Shown here: in pieces, positions 15,514 to 24,788 of the stretch
Layout of the letters: every line of letters begins with the position of its first letter
Numbering within the stretch: position 1 is the first letter of the stretch
From: Dehalococcoidia bacterium
GTDB lineage: Bacteria; Chloroflexota; Dehalococcoidia; SZUA-161
Reading direction: 5' to 3'
NCBI GenBank assembly: GCA_011174795.1
Contig: DUEY01000005.1
Coordinates: 4,885 to 54,044, forward strand
DNA: 49,160 nucleotides
Notes under the pieces: generated by a model
Told to the model about the DNA's origin: nothing
Databases searched by the model: none
What the model saw: only the letters and a program-made list of their open reading frames with translations
Made by a program: the position numbers and the translations under genes

Positions 15514-16677
15514 TCAGGGCCTGGGCAGACCCAGTCCTGCGATTGCGATGATTATCCTCTCTATCTCGTTGCTGCCGCCGCCGACAGCCATCATCAGGGA
15601 GAATTTATACTCCCACGCCATGTATCCGTCGTATGGAGCCCGTTTACCTTCCAGTAGAGTGCCGCAGGGGCCCATGATATGCACTGCCGTATTGGCCAAG
15701 CGCCGCTCCAGTTCGCTGGTGAAGGTCTTGGTGATAGATGCCTCCGAGAAGGGAACGATACCATTACTGAGAAGCCAGGCTACCCGATAGGCGAACAGGC
15801 GCCCGACCTCGAGGTCTATCGCCAACTGGGCTAGTTTCTGCCGGATGATCGGGTCCTTGCTGAGGGGTTTACCATTGCGCTCGGTCTTTTTGGCATACTC
15901 AACCACTTCTTCGAAGAAGCGCTGGTGCTGGGCTACCGTGCCTCCCATAAAGACCCTCTCATGGTCCAGAGCAGTGGTGAGATAGTCCCAGCCCTTATTG
16001 AGCTCTCCAACCACCGCAGTTTTGGGAACGCGCACGTCATCGAAGAAGACCTCATACTGCAGATAGTCCCACATGGTATCCATCTCTCTTACTGTGATAC
16101 CGGGGGTCTTCATATCGACAATGAACATGCTGAGTCCCCTGTGCCTCTTGGGGGCGTTGGGGTCGGTTCTGACTGTCATCCAGGCGTAGTGGGCTTGGCC
16201 GGCAAAGCTGGTAAATATTTTAGAACCGTTGATGACCCACTCATCGCCATCGAGAACGGCTGTAGTCTGGCACGCCGCAAGGTCGGTGCCGGCGTTGGGT
16301 TCAGTGTAACCAAGGCAAAACGTTATCTCACCACTGAGAATCTTGGGCAGGTACTCCTTCTTCTGTTCCTCGCTACCGATGCGGATGAGGGTAGGCCCGA
16401 CCATATTCTGGGCAAGAATATGAGCGCCGGCGGGCGCCCTGTGCCTCATCATCTCCTCGCCATAGACCAGTTGCTCCATGTAGGGGCGTCCACCCCCACC
16501 ATACTCTTTCGGCCATCCTACGCCCAGCCATCCTTTTTTCGCCAGCTTTCGGCTGAATTCTCGGCTGAAAAGGTCATGGGGGGTGCGTCCCTTGTGCTCC
16601 GGCCCTAGCTCCTGGCGAAGGAATTCGCGAAGCTCCTCTCTGAAGGCTTGTTCCTCTGCAGTGAAACCGAAGTCCAT
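15514..16677 (-). CDS. Acyl-CoA dehydrogenase (Glu-containing subunit type)
   Basis: WPKEYGG, YTEPNAGTD, NGSKIFTS, LDHER, VGGGSNEI. Confidence 0.93.
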   Translation of the reverse strand: MDFGFTAEEQAFREELREFLRQELGPEHKGRTPHDLFSREFSRKLAKKGWLGVGWPKEYGGGGRPYMEQLVYGEEMMRHRAPAGAHILAQNMVGPTLIRIGSEEQKKEYLPKILSGEITFCLGYTEPNAGTDLAACQTTAVLDGDEWVINGSKIFTSFAGQAHYAWMTVRTDPNAPKRHRGLSMFIVDMKTPGITVREMDTMWDYLQYEVFFDDVRVPKTAVVGELNKGWDYLTTALDHERVFMGGTVAQHQRFFEEVVEYAKKTERNGKPLSKDPIIRQKLAQLAIDLEVGRLFAYRVAWLLSNGIVPFSEASITKTFTSELERRLANTAVHIMGPCGTLLEGKRAPYDGYMAWEYKFSLMMAVGGGSNEIERIIIAIAGLGLPRP

Positions 16678-16709
16678 AGCATCTTCCTTTCACGCCTTCG
16701 TTCTGCGGC

Positions 16710-17843
16710 TTAGAGGCCTATTTGCTGGGCAACGATTTCCTTCTGGAAATCGGTGTTTCCGAAGGCGACCTCTGTCGATTTCGCCCTGCGATAGTAGAGC
16801 CCGATGTCGTGGTCTCTGGTGGTACCTATAGCGCCGTGGCACTGCACTGCCCTCTCTGTAACGAAGAGGTAGGAATCGTTTATCCAGCCCTTTGCCACAG
16901 CGATGTCCATGGTAGCGGGAAGACCTTCCGCAAGCTTCCACGCAGCAAGGTAGAGGATGCTTCTGCTGGTGTCAACCTTGGTCCACATATTGGCGCAGTA
17001 GTGCTGGATTACCTGGAAGCTGCCTATCGGCTTGCCGTACTGCTCCCTTTCCTTGACATAGCTCAGGGTCATATCGAGGGATGCTTCGGCGCCTCCGACC
17101 ATCTCGGCACATTTGGCTATCGTGGCATGTTCCAGGACTTTCTCAATGACGGGCCAGCTATTATGGAGTTCTCCGAGCATATTCTTCTGAGGCACGCTGA
17201 CGTTCTCAAAGACAACCTCGCAGAGCTTGTCAGCACCGATGGTGGGCATTACCTCGCACTTAATGCCGGGGCTCTTGGCATCTACCAGGAACAGGGTGAT
17301 ACCCTCTTCAGGTGAGGAGCCTTCCTTTGTTCTAGCGACGCATATTATGCAGTCGGCGATATGGGCATTTTCCACGAAAAGCTTGGTGCCGTTGATGACG
17401 AAGCTGTCGCCCTGAGCCACGGCTTTCGTCTCCACTCCGACTGCACCATACAGTGCATTGGGCTCGCTGAGTGCCAAGGTGAGGATAAGTTCACCGCTTG
17501 CTACCTTGGGGAGGAACTCTTTTTTCTGTTCATCGGTGCCTGCAAAGAGAATTGGCAGGCTGCCCGTAACCACGGTACAGAAGAAAGGCCCGGGCAGGAT
17601 GTTACGCCCCATCTCCTGTAGTAGAATGACGAGGTCCATAAAGCCCATCCCCATGCCGTCGTACTCTTCAGGAAGCACCAGCCCCATCCAACCCAGTTCA
17701 GCCATCTTGCGCCATAATTCAGGCGAATAACCCTTCTCGTCTTCCTCGAGCTCTCGAACCAGTGTTTTCGGGCATTCCTTGCTTAGAAAATCACGTGCCG
17801 ATGTCCGGAGCATTTCCTGCTCTTCGGTTAAGTCGAGGTTCAT
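16710..17843 (-). CDS. Acyl-CoA dehydrogenase partner subunit (non-catalytic type of heterotetrameric ACAD)
   Basis: LPEEYDG, LSEP, REQYGKPIGSFQVIQH, QCHGAIG, YYRRAK...FG; it lacks the EGT motif. Confidence 0.88.
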   Translation of the reverse strand: MNLDLTEEQEMLRTSARDFLSKECPKTLVRELEEDEKGYSPELWRKMAELGWMGLVLPEEYDGMGMGFMDLVILLQEMGRNILPGPFFCTVVTGSLPILFAGTDEQKKEFLPKVASGELILTLALSEPNALYGAVGVETKAVAQGDSFVINGTKLFVENAHIADCIICVARTKEGSSPEEGITLFLVDAKSPGIKCEVMPTIGADKLCEVVFENVSVPQKNMLGELHNSWPVIEKVLEHATIAKCAEMVGGAEASLDMTLSYVKEREQYGKPIGSFQVIQHYCANMWTKVDTSRSILYLAAWKLAEGLPATMDIAVAKGWINDSYLFVTERAVQCHGAIGTTRDHDIGLYYRRAKSTEVAFGNTDFQKEIVAQQIGL

Positions 17844-17858
17844 AGCAGCCCCCTTATT

Positions 17859-19124
17859 CTAATCGTGGTTGAGCCAGGAGCGGTGACCGTCCCAGTAATC
17901 CTCTACTTCCACAACAGTTGCTGTGCCCTGGCCGAACCCGCCGCATATAGAGGCACAGCCGTATCTGACACCACGGCGGTTCATCTCATGGACAAGTGTG
18001 CCTAATACTCGAATACCGCTCGCTCCTATGGCATGACCGATGCAGAGTGCATCTCCGTTAACGTTCATTTTATCGTAATCTACACCTAGTTCTTTGCATA
18101 ATACAATAGGCACAACCGCGAAAGCCTCGTTTGTCTCCCACAGGTTGATATCGCTTGGTTTTAAACCTGAGCGCCCAATAGCTTCCTTGGTCGCCAGAGT
18201 AGCGCTATAGCCCATAATGCTGGGGTCGCACGCAGCCCACCCTATGGATCTTATGGTGCACATGGGCACTAATCCCAGCTCCCTGGCTTTCTCCTTGGGC
18301 ATAAACACGCCGGCACCGGCTCCGTCGCTTTGCTTGGACGAGCTGGCGGCAGTAACTTTCCCGTTTTCCTTGTAAAGTGTCGGGAGTTCACGCAGCTTTT
18401 CTATGGTTGTATCGGGTCTGACGTCCTCATCGTAGTCAACGATTTTCACCGTCCCATCGCTAAGCTTGCCTTCACATGGAATTATTTCATCTTTAAACCA
18501 GCCGTTCTTATAGGCTGCCGCCGCCCTCAGATTGCTACGCAGTGCCCACTGGTCCATCTCTTCTCTCTCGATATTGAACTTATCTGCAAGGTTTTCGGCG
18601 GTTATACCCATGCCTATCATGGCGCCTGTATCCACAATATCCCACAGCTTTGGATTGGGCAATCCGCGCGAGGTCGCGCCCGTGGCTATGGCTTCCTCCA
18701 TCATCTTTTCCATATCCGTATCGAATGTCCAGAGGGGGATAGGGAAGTGAGAGCAGCTCTCGTAGCCACCCGAGATAACGATATCCTCTATACCCAGCTG
18801 GATAGCCATGATTCCGAAGTGAGCACCGGCCATGCTCGAGGTACATGCCCGGTCAACACTCAACCCCCGGGTCTCGAAGGGGCAGGTCAGCAGAGCGACG
18901 CTTCTTCCGGGGTTTGCCTGCTCTCCGGACTGGTTTGGCGAGCCCATAGTTACCTCGTCGATCATGGATTTATCCAGCTTTGTGCGCTTAAATAACTCCT
19001 CGATCACGATAATCGTCAGGTCATCTCCCCGCATGTGCGAGAAGAATCCCGGTCTCTTCTGACTCCCTCTCCCCCAGGGCGTTCGTGCGAAGTCCACCAT
19101 TACTACTTCTCTTACTTGGGCCAT
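17859..19124 (-). CDS. Acetyl-CoA C-acyltransferase (canonical thiolase)
   Basis: DRACTSS (nucleophilic Cys), NEAF, GHAIGASG, ICGGFGQG. Confidence 0.92.
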   Translation of the reverse strand: MAQVREVVMVDFARTPWGRGSQKRPGFFSHMRGDDLTIIVIEELFKRTKLDKSMIDEVTMGSPNQSGEQANPGRSVALLTCPFETRGLSVDRACTSSMAGAHFGIMAIQLGIEDIVISGGYESCSHFPIPLWTFDTDMEKMMEEAIATGATSRGLPNPKLWDIVDTGAMIGMGITAENLADKFNIEREEMDQWALRSNLRAAAAYKNGWFKDEIIPCEGKLSDGTVKIVDYDEDVRPDTTIEKLRELPTLYKENGKVTAASSSKQSDGAGAGVFMPKEKARELGLVPMCTIRSIGWAACDPSIMGYSATLATKEAIGRSGLKPSDINLWETNEAFAVVPIVLCKELGVDYDKMNVNGDALCIGHAIGASGIRVLGTLVHEMNRRGVRYGCASICGGFGQGTATVVEVEDYWDGHRSWLNHD

Positions 19125-19156
19125 TTAGATTTTCCCCTTTCGGTGATATTTTTAAT

Positions 19157-20353
19157 CTACCAGCTTCTTGGCAACCCCAGTGCCAGTGAACAGACGAGGT
19201 TCCTCATAACCTCCGAGGTACCGCCGCCCATGTTCAGGCTGATTGATTGCAGGTATTCCTTCTCGTATTTACCGTTTAAAGGTGCCCATTTAGAGTACTC
19301 TACCTGTCCGTAGAGCCCCAGTATCTCGCAACCAATATAGCTGAAGCGCTGGTTTAGCTCAGTGGCGAGGACTTTGGCTGCTGCGGCATAGGATCCGGCG
19401 GCTATCAGGCCGTGTTTTTCCTGGTTCCAGACAATGAAGTAAGCAAAAGCACGACCCGTTTCGATATCAATGGCTAGCTGTGCAAGTTTATGCCTGATAT
19501 GAGGATTCTCTGCTAGGGGCTTCCCCCCTCGTTTGGTCTCTTTACAGAACTCGACCAGTTCCTCCAGTTCCCGTCTCAGGAATGAAAACAATATGATCAT
19601 CGAGCGCTCGAAGTTCGACATCATCTGTGAGGCGAGCCAGCCTTCGTTCTCTTTGCCTACCATGTTGCGTGCAGGAACGCGGACATCATCGAAAAATACC
19701 TCGTTGAACAGGTGAGAGCCCTCCAGGCTCAAGACTGGATTTATAGTAATGCCGGGGGACTTCATGTCGACAAGAAAGAAGGAAATTCCCCGGCTTCTCT
19801 TCTCCTCGGGATTCGTCCTGGCGATCATGAAACCCCAGTCGGCACGGTGGGCGCCGCTGGTCCATATCTTTTGACCGTTGACGACGTAATCATCGCCATC
19901 TCTGGTGGCGCGTGTGGTCAGGGATGCCAGGTCGGAGCCGGCACCGGGCTCGCTCCACAATTGGGTCCAGAATAGCTCTGCCCGCGCAATGGGAGGCAGG
20001 TGTTCCTTCTTTTGCTCGTCGCTTCCGCCATAGAGAAGCGTGGGAGCCAGCATACCTACGCCCCAGGGATCAACGCCTGCTCCTCTGTAGTACCCCTGTA
20101 CCTCGCTGAAGATGAACTGCTCTATGAGTGGAGCATCCTGACCACCGTATTCCCTGGGCCATGCTCGGGAAAGCCAGCCCTTTGCCGCCAGCTTCTTGGC
20201 CATCTTTTTATGGAACTCCCAGCATACATCCAAGCCGAACATGGCCTCCATGGATGTTCCCCATTCTGGCGGCGCTTTTGCCATCTCTTCCCTGAAGAAG
20301 TCGTCGAATTCCTTTCGCAGCGCTTCTTGTTCAGGGTTGAATCGAAAATCCAT
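19157..20353 (-). CDS. Acyl-CoA dehydrogenase (Glu-containing subunit type)
   Basis: WPREYGG, WSEPGAGSD, NGQKIWTS, NFERS, GGGTSEV. Confidence 0.93.
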   Translation of the reverse strand: MDFRFNPEQEALRKEFDDFFREEMAKAPPEWGTSMEAMFGLDVCWEFHKKMAKKLAAKGWLSRAWPREYGGQDAPLIEQFIFSEVQGYYRGAGVDPWGVGMLAPTLLYGGSDEQKKEHLPPIARAELFWTQLWSEPGAGSDLASLTTRATRDGDDYVVNGQKIWTSGAHRADWGFMIARTNPEEKRSRGISFFLVDMKSPGITINPVLSLEGSHLFNEVFFDDVRVPARNMVGKENEGWLASQMMSNFERSMIILFSFLRRELEELVEFCKETKRGGKPLAENPHIRHKLAQLAIDIETGRAFAYFIVWNQEKHGLIAAGSYAAAAKVLATELNQRFSYIGCEILGLYGQVEYSKWAPLNGKYEKEYLQSISLNMGGGTSEVMRNLVCSLALGLPRSW

Positions 20354-20411
20354 AGTTACCTCTTTCCGGCTACCGGTTGCTTACGGATGTTTTTCATACG
20401 CTGTACGGCTA

Positions 20412-21218
20412 TTATTTACCCTTGAATATCGGCTCGCGTTTCTCCAAAAAAGCCTTGGCAGCTTCCATGAAGTCCTCGGTCTTCAGCAGCTTGCTTTGAA
20501 GGCTGACCTCGTACTTCAGCTGCTCCTTAATGTCTGTCTCCGTCAACGCTCTGTTCATGGCTTCCTTAGCTATGCCCACTGCCAACGGTGGATTCTTGGC
20601 TATCTTCTCCACCAGCTCCATGGCAGTCTTCATCAGGTCGTCGTGGGGAACAACCCGGTTCACGAGTCCTATTCGGTCAGCCTCTTCAGCGTCGATAATG
20701 TCCCCCGTGAACATAAACTCACAAGCCCTGGGTAGCCCGATGACTCGGGGAAGTGTAAAGGAACAGCCGCTATCGGGAGCGACCGCTCTTTTAACGAATA
20801 TTGAGGCGAATCTGGACTTATCGGAGGCGATTCTTATGTCGCAGGCCAGGGCAAGACCGAGACCAGCGCCAATCGCTGCACCGTTGATGGCAGCGATTAC
20901 CGGCTTGCTCATACTCCTGATCCTGATTACCGTGGCTGCGAGGGTTCCCTCTGCGTACGTCTCGCCCTCGGAATCCTCAACTGCTGCCGCTGCATCTCCC
21001 AAACTGGAAAAAAGGCTGAGGTCTATGCCGGAGGAAAAATGCTTGCCGGCTCCTGTCAGGAGCACTGCCCAGATATTTTCGTCCTGGCTAATCTCTTTGA
21101 ACGCAGCATCAAGCTCGTTCATGAGTTCTTTGTTAAAAGCATTACCAACATCGGGACGGTTAAGGGTTATGGTCGCTATGGCACCTTTCCTCTCCATGAT
21201 AAGCGACTGATAAGCCAT
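20412..21218 (-). CDS. Enoyl-CoA hydratase/isomerase (PaaG-like, Asp type)
   Basis: TLNRPD, FSSGIDL, KPVIAAINGAAIGAG, APDSG. Confidence 0.9.
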   Translation of the reverse strand: MAYQSLIMERKGAIATITLNRPDVGNAFNKELMNELDAAFKEISQDENIWAVLLTGAGKHFSSGIDLSLFSSLGDAAAAVEDSEGETYAEGTLAATVIRIRSMSKPVIAAINGAAIGAGLGLALACDIRIASDKSRFASIFVKRAVAPDSGCSFTLPRVIGLPRACEFMFTGDIIDAEEADRIGLVNRVVPHDDLMKTAMELVEKIAKNPPLAVGIAKEAMNRALTETDIKEQLKYEVSLQSKLLKTEDFMEAAKAFLEKREPIFKGK

Positions 21219-21248
21219 CTACCGTCTCCTATGTCTTTTTAATAAAGT

Positions 21249-22049
21249 CTATCTTCCTTTGAATACAGGGGGCCTCTTTTCCATGAAGGATTTGATGCCC
21301 TCCTGAAAGTCCTCAGTTTCAAGACAGATCCTCTGGGCAAAGGTCTCTAATTGTATGAGTTCCTCAATATCGCTGGTCAGCGCCTTGTTCGTAGCCCACT
21401 TGGTCAGTTCAATAGCCATCGGAGCTGCCTCGGCTATCTTCTTGGCCATATCCTTTGCTTCTTTTATGAGTTCATCATGTGGCACAACCTTGTTTACCAG
21501 ACCTAGTCGCTCTGCTTCTTTAGCGTCTATTCTGGCGCCGGTATACATGAATTCAAGCGCCTTAGCCAATCCTACCAGACGTGGCAGGAAGTAGGTCAAC
21601 CCATTGTCAGGGATGAGCCCCATACGGACAAAAACATTAGTAAACCTGGCCTTCTCCGAAGCTATGCGTATGTCACAGGCTAAAGCGAGAGAAAAGCCCA
21701 TGCCGGCAGCAACACCGTTAACCGCAGCTATTGTCGGTTTCTCCAGCTTAGCCACTCTTAAGCCTGCCATGCCCATAGGTTCCTTCAGTTGCTGTTTGGT
21801 CCTTGGTGGAGCCTCTGCTCCGGGGACGGCCAGTGTCAGGGTCTCCTCGACATCAGCACCTGCACAAAAACCAGGGTCGGCTCCTGTGAGGATGAGTACC
21901 CTTATGTCGTCATCGCTTCGTATTTCCTCAAAAGCGCTGCTTAACTCGAACCACATTGTGGGGCTGACAGCGTTTAGCTTTTCAGGGCGGTTCAGTATCA
22001 TGGAGGCAATGCCGTCTTCCTTTTTGATAATTATAGTTTCGTAACTCAT
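21249..22049 (-). CDS. Enoyl-CoA hydratase/isomerase (PaaG-like, Asp type)
   Basis: LNRPEKLNA, FCAGAD, KPTIAAVNGVAAG, IPDNG. Confidence 0.9.
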   Translation of the reverse strand: MSYETIIIKKEDGIASMILNRPEKLNAVSPTMWFELSSAFEEIRSDDDIRVLILTGADPGFCAGADVEETLTLAVPGAEAPPRTKQQLKEPMGMAGLRVAKLEKPTIAAVNGVAAGMGFSLALACDIRIASEKARFTNVFVRMGLIPDNGLTYFLPRLVGLAKALEFMYTGARIDAKEAERLGLVNKVVPHDELIKEAKDMAKKIAEAAPMAIELTKWATNKALTSDIEELIQLETFAQRICLETEDFQEGIKSFMEKRPPVFKGR

Positions 22050-22280
22050 TTGGCAACAACCCCTCCCTTCAACTTGCTCAGGGGTGGTAAACTCCTCATG
22101 TAAGGAGGAGGCAATATCTCATAGCACGGGCAAACTTGAGTGAGTCAGCCTGCAAATCGGGTGGCCGCGGCGGTCCACAGCCAACATAGCAATGGATGTT
22201 AGCCGTAACGCTATTGCAGAACCACTGACGCTGATTATTGCTAGAAAGAAACCCTTTCTATTTTATTAGCTATACGCTGC

Positions 22281-23177
22281 TTAAAAAGCCATTTCCGGCA
22301 GGGAGAGGGTCCCCAGCTCACGAATCTTTGCTTGCAGTTCTGGAATAGTCCATCTTTTTTGGATGTCGATAGAGTTCGCAAGATACCAGCCGTTGAACAG
22401 CTCCAGTTTACCTCCCCTGATGGATATAACCCGTCCAGTTATGTCCTGTGCTGCGTCGCTGGCCAGGTATACGACCAGTGGGGATACGTTCTCGGGGGCA
22501 AACTCATCGAACTGGCCCTCACCCGGTATTTCCGTAAAATATCCGGAAAGTGTAGTCATCCTGGTCCTGGCCATAGGGGTGACCGAATTCACCGTAACGT
22601 TGAATCGTTGAAGCTCCCTGGCCCAGATAAGGGTCAGGCATGCGATGCCTGCCTTGGCTGCGCCATAATTACTCTGTCCAGGATTGCCTATGAGGCCGGC
22701 GTGTGAAACGGTGTTAATTATGCGCCCGCCGCTTTCCAGCTTACCTGCTTTGCTCTGCTCTCTGAAATAGGCAGCGGCCCATCTGCCGCAGTTGAAAGTG
22801 CCTGTTAGGTGGACATCGAGTACGGCATCCCACTCCTCTTTTGACATATTGAAAATCATCTTGTCTCTCAGGAAGCCGGCGTTGTTGACGAGGATGTCGA
22901 GCTTGCCGAAGCTATTAACAGCGGTGTCTATAATCCTTTGTGCTCCCTCGAAATCGGTCACGCTATCGAAGCAAGCTACTGCATCCCCACCGGCATCCTT
23001 GATCTCCTTGACCACATCATCAGCGGGACCTTTAGCCTGTCCCGTGCCGTCCCATTCCACGCCGATGTCATTGACTACTATTTTGGCGCCTTCCTCAGCC
23101 ATGGCTAAGGCATGGCTTCTTCCAAGTCCTCTTCCTGCGCCTGTCACGATTGCGACCTTGCCATCCAGAACACCCAT
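22281..23177 (-). CDS. SDR oxidoreductase (3-hydroxyacyl-CoA dehydrogenase-like)
   Basis: TGAGRGLG, VVNDIG, NNAG, YGAAK. Confidence 0.92.
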   Translation of the reverse strand: MGVLDGKVAIVTGAGRGLGRSHALAMAEEGAKIVVNDIGVEWDGTGQAKGPADDVVKEIKDAGGDAVACFDSVTDFEGAQRIIDTAVNSFGKLDILVNNAGFLRDKMIFNMSKEEWDAVLDVHLTGTFNCGRWAAAYFREQSKAGKLESGGRIINTVSHAGLIGNPGQSNYGAAKAGIACLTLIWARELQRFNVTVNSVTPMARTRMTTLSGYFTEIPGEGQFDEFAPENVSPLVVYLASDAAQDITGRVISIRGGKLELFNGWYLANSIDIQKRWTIPELQAKIRELGTLSLPEMAF

Positions 23178-23218
23178 ATTTGTACCTCCTTTTTTATTGG
23201 GCTAGTAAGCTATTCCTG

Positions 23219-23338
23219 TTAGGGGGAGATGTTGTCCTTATTCGTGTTCGAGGGTAAAAAGAAGTTCTTCTTCGGATGTTGCTCATCCTTGAAGAACAGG
23301 TTTATTCTGCTCACTGATTCTCTTCTTTGATAAGGCAT
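23219..23338 (-). pseudogene. 39-aa open fragment resembling an internal piece of a family III CoA-transferase
   Basis: MPYQRRESVSRINLFFKDEQHPKKNFFLPSNTNKDNISP aligns by eye with RIGPFFKDDPHLEKSGPFLHLNTNKKSI of the 24789..26009 protein. Confidence 0.6.
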
Positions 23339-23358
23339 GCGCAGAAATCGCGTTTGTT

Positions 23359-23388
23359 ATTCTATACTGTTTTCGCACGCAGTGTCAA
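23359..23388 (-). promoter_or_regulatory. Internal sigma70-type promoter upstream of the SDR
   Basis: TTGACA-18nt-TAGAAT on the minus strand. Confidence 0.55.
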
Positions 23389-23421
23389 GGTAAACACTAG
23401 GAGTGAGGAACTTCAGTTCTC

Positions 23422-24750
23422 TTAGAAAATGGATTCGATGAGGTACTCATCACCCCCTATTATATTTTCCTTCTCTAGTTCGGCGACCTCTTCGTCGGAC
23501 ATCCCCAGTATGTCTTTGAATACGTAGTCGTTATGCTCGCCGAGGCACGGCGGCGGCTTGCGTATGCTAAGCGGGGTTTTAGGCATCTTCCAAAGCATTC
23601 CCGGATAGAGATGGGTTCCCGCTTCGCGGTGACTTACTGCCTCGAAGAAACCGCGGCTCACCAACTGAGCATCGCGAAAAGCATCGCGCTGGCTTATCAC
23701 CGGTCCCGCCGCTATGCCCTCTTTCTGCAGAATGTGCATCACCTCGTAGTTGTCATGGTGACATGTCCATTCCTCGACGAGCTTGTCGAGCTCATCCTGG
23801 TTCTCGAGGCGTCCTAAGGCCGTGGAGAACCTCTCCTCGCTGCACCAGTCGGGATTACCAAGGGCGCGGCAAAACCCTTCCCATTCCTCATCTGAGGATA
23901 CGGCGATCGCTACCCAGTCATCATCGCCGCGGCAACGATAAACGCCATGGGGTGCCATATAGGGGTGACGATTGCCCATGGCGGTCTGAATCCTGCCGTT
24001 CATAGTATAGTCCATAACGGCATCGGCCAGATGCGGGACCACGGTTTCGATCTGGGCAAGGTCGATAAACTGTCCTTTCCCGGTGCGTTTACGGTAGTGC
24101 AGGGCGCAGAGGATGGCAAAGGCGGCTGTGGCGCCGGAGGAAGCATCACAGTGGAATAGCAGCGATTGGGTGGTTGTCAGGTCAAGGTCGGTATAGCCCG
24201 TCAGCCAGGTATGACCGGCTAAGGCTTGAAGCTGTGCCCCGAAGAGGGAGCAATACTTGTGAGGGCCGGTGCAGCCCAGCCCGGGCATCCTGAGATAGAT
24301 TAAGTCCTCTTTAACCTCCTTGAGTGTATCGTAGGTTAAGCCCAACTTCTCCATGGTGGCAGGGGCGTTGCTTTCGAAGAAAACATCGCTTACATTAATC
24401 AATCTCTTGAAGACATCCTGTCCTTCGGGCCTGGTGAGATCCATACAGCAGCTTATCTTATTGCGACCCAGTGCGTGGAACATGGCGAAACGGTCCCAGG
24501 GTCTGTCTCCCGCCCAGTGGTCGAAGTAGGTTTGGATTCCACCTGTGCCGCCAAATGTTGCCCCTGTAGTGGGAACGAGGCCCTGAGGTGGTCTGGGCAT
24601 ATAGCCTCTCGTTATAGGGGGGAAGTGATGGACGGATTCCACCAGAATGAGCTCAGCTCCCAGGTCTGCCAGGAGCATGGTTCCGAAAGGCCCGGCGAAT
24701 ACCACCGGAATAGCAACGATTCTAACGCCTTCTAACGGAAGCTTAGCCAT
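23422..24750 (-). CDS. Family III CoA-transferase, Asp-containing subunit
   Basis: FAGPFG, LADLGAE, GRNKIS, FHCDASSG, PPCLGEHN. Confidence 0.92.
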   Translation of the reverse strand: MAKLPLEGVRIVAIPVVFAGPFGTMLLADLGAELILVESVHHFPPITRGYMPRPPQGLVPTTGATFGGTGGIQTYFDHWAGDRPWDRFAMFHALGRNKISCCMDLTRPEGQDVFKRLINVSDVFFESNAPATMEKLGLTYDTLKEVKEDLIYLRMPGLGCTGPHKYCSLFGAQLQALAGHTWLTGYTDLDLTTTQSLLFHCDASSGATAAFAILCALHYRKRTGKGQFIDLAQIETVVPHLADAVMDYTMNGRIQTAMGNRHPYMAPHGVYRCRGDDDWVAIAVSSDEEWEGFCRALGNPDWCSEERFSTALGRLENQDELDKLVEEWTCHHDNYEVMHILQKEGIAAGPVISQRDAFRDAQLVSRGFFEAVSHREAGTHLYPGMLWKMPKTPLSIRKPPPCLGEHNDYVFKDILGMSDEEVAELEKENIIGGDEYLIESIF

Positions 24751-24788
24751 TTTCTTAACCTCCTCGATGGATACTGAGGGCTACGGGC

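Noticed and set aside
22124-22170. GCACGGGCAAAC...GCAAA resembling a c-di-GMP-I riboswitch
   Set aside because: The stem pairing is poor, the second hairpin is not evident, and it is on the strand opposite to all surrounding genes.
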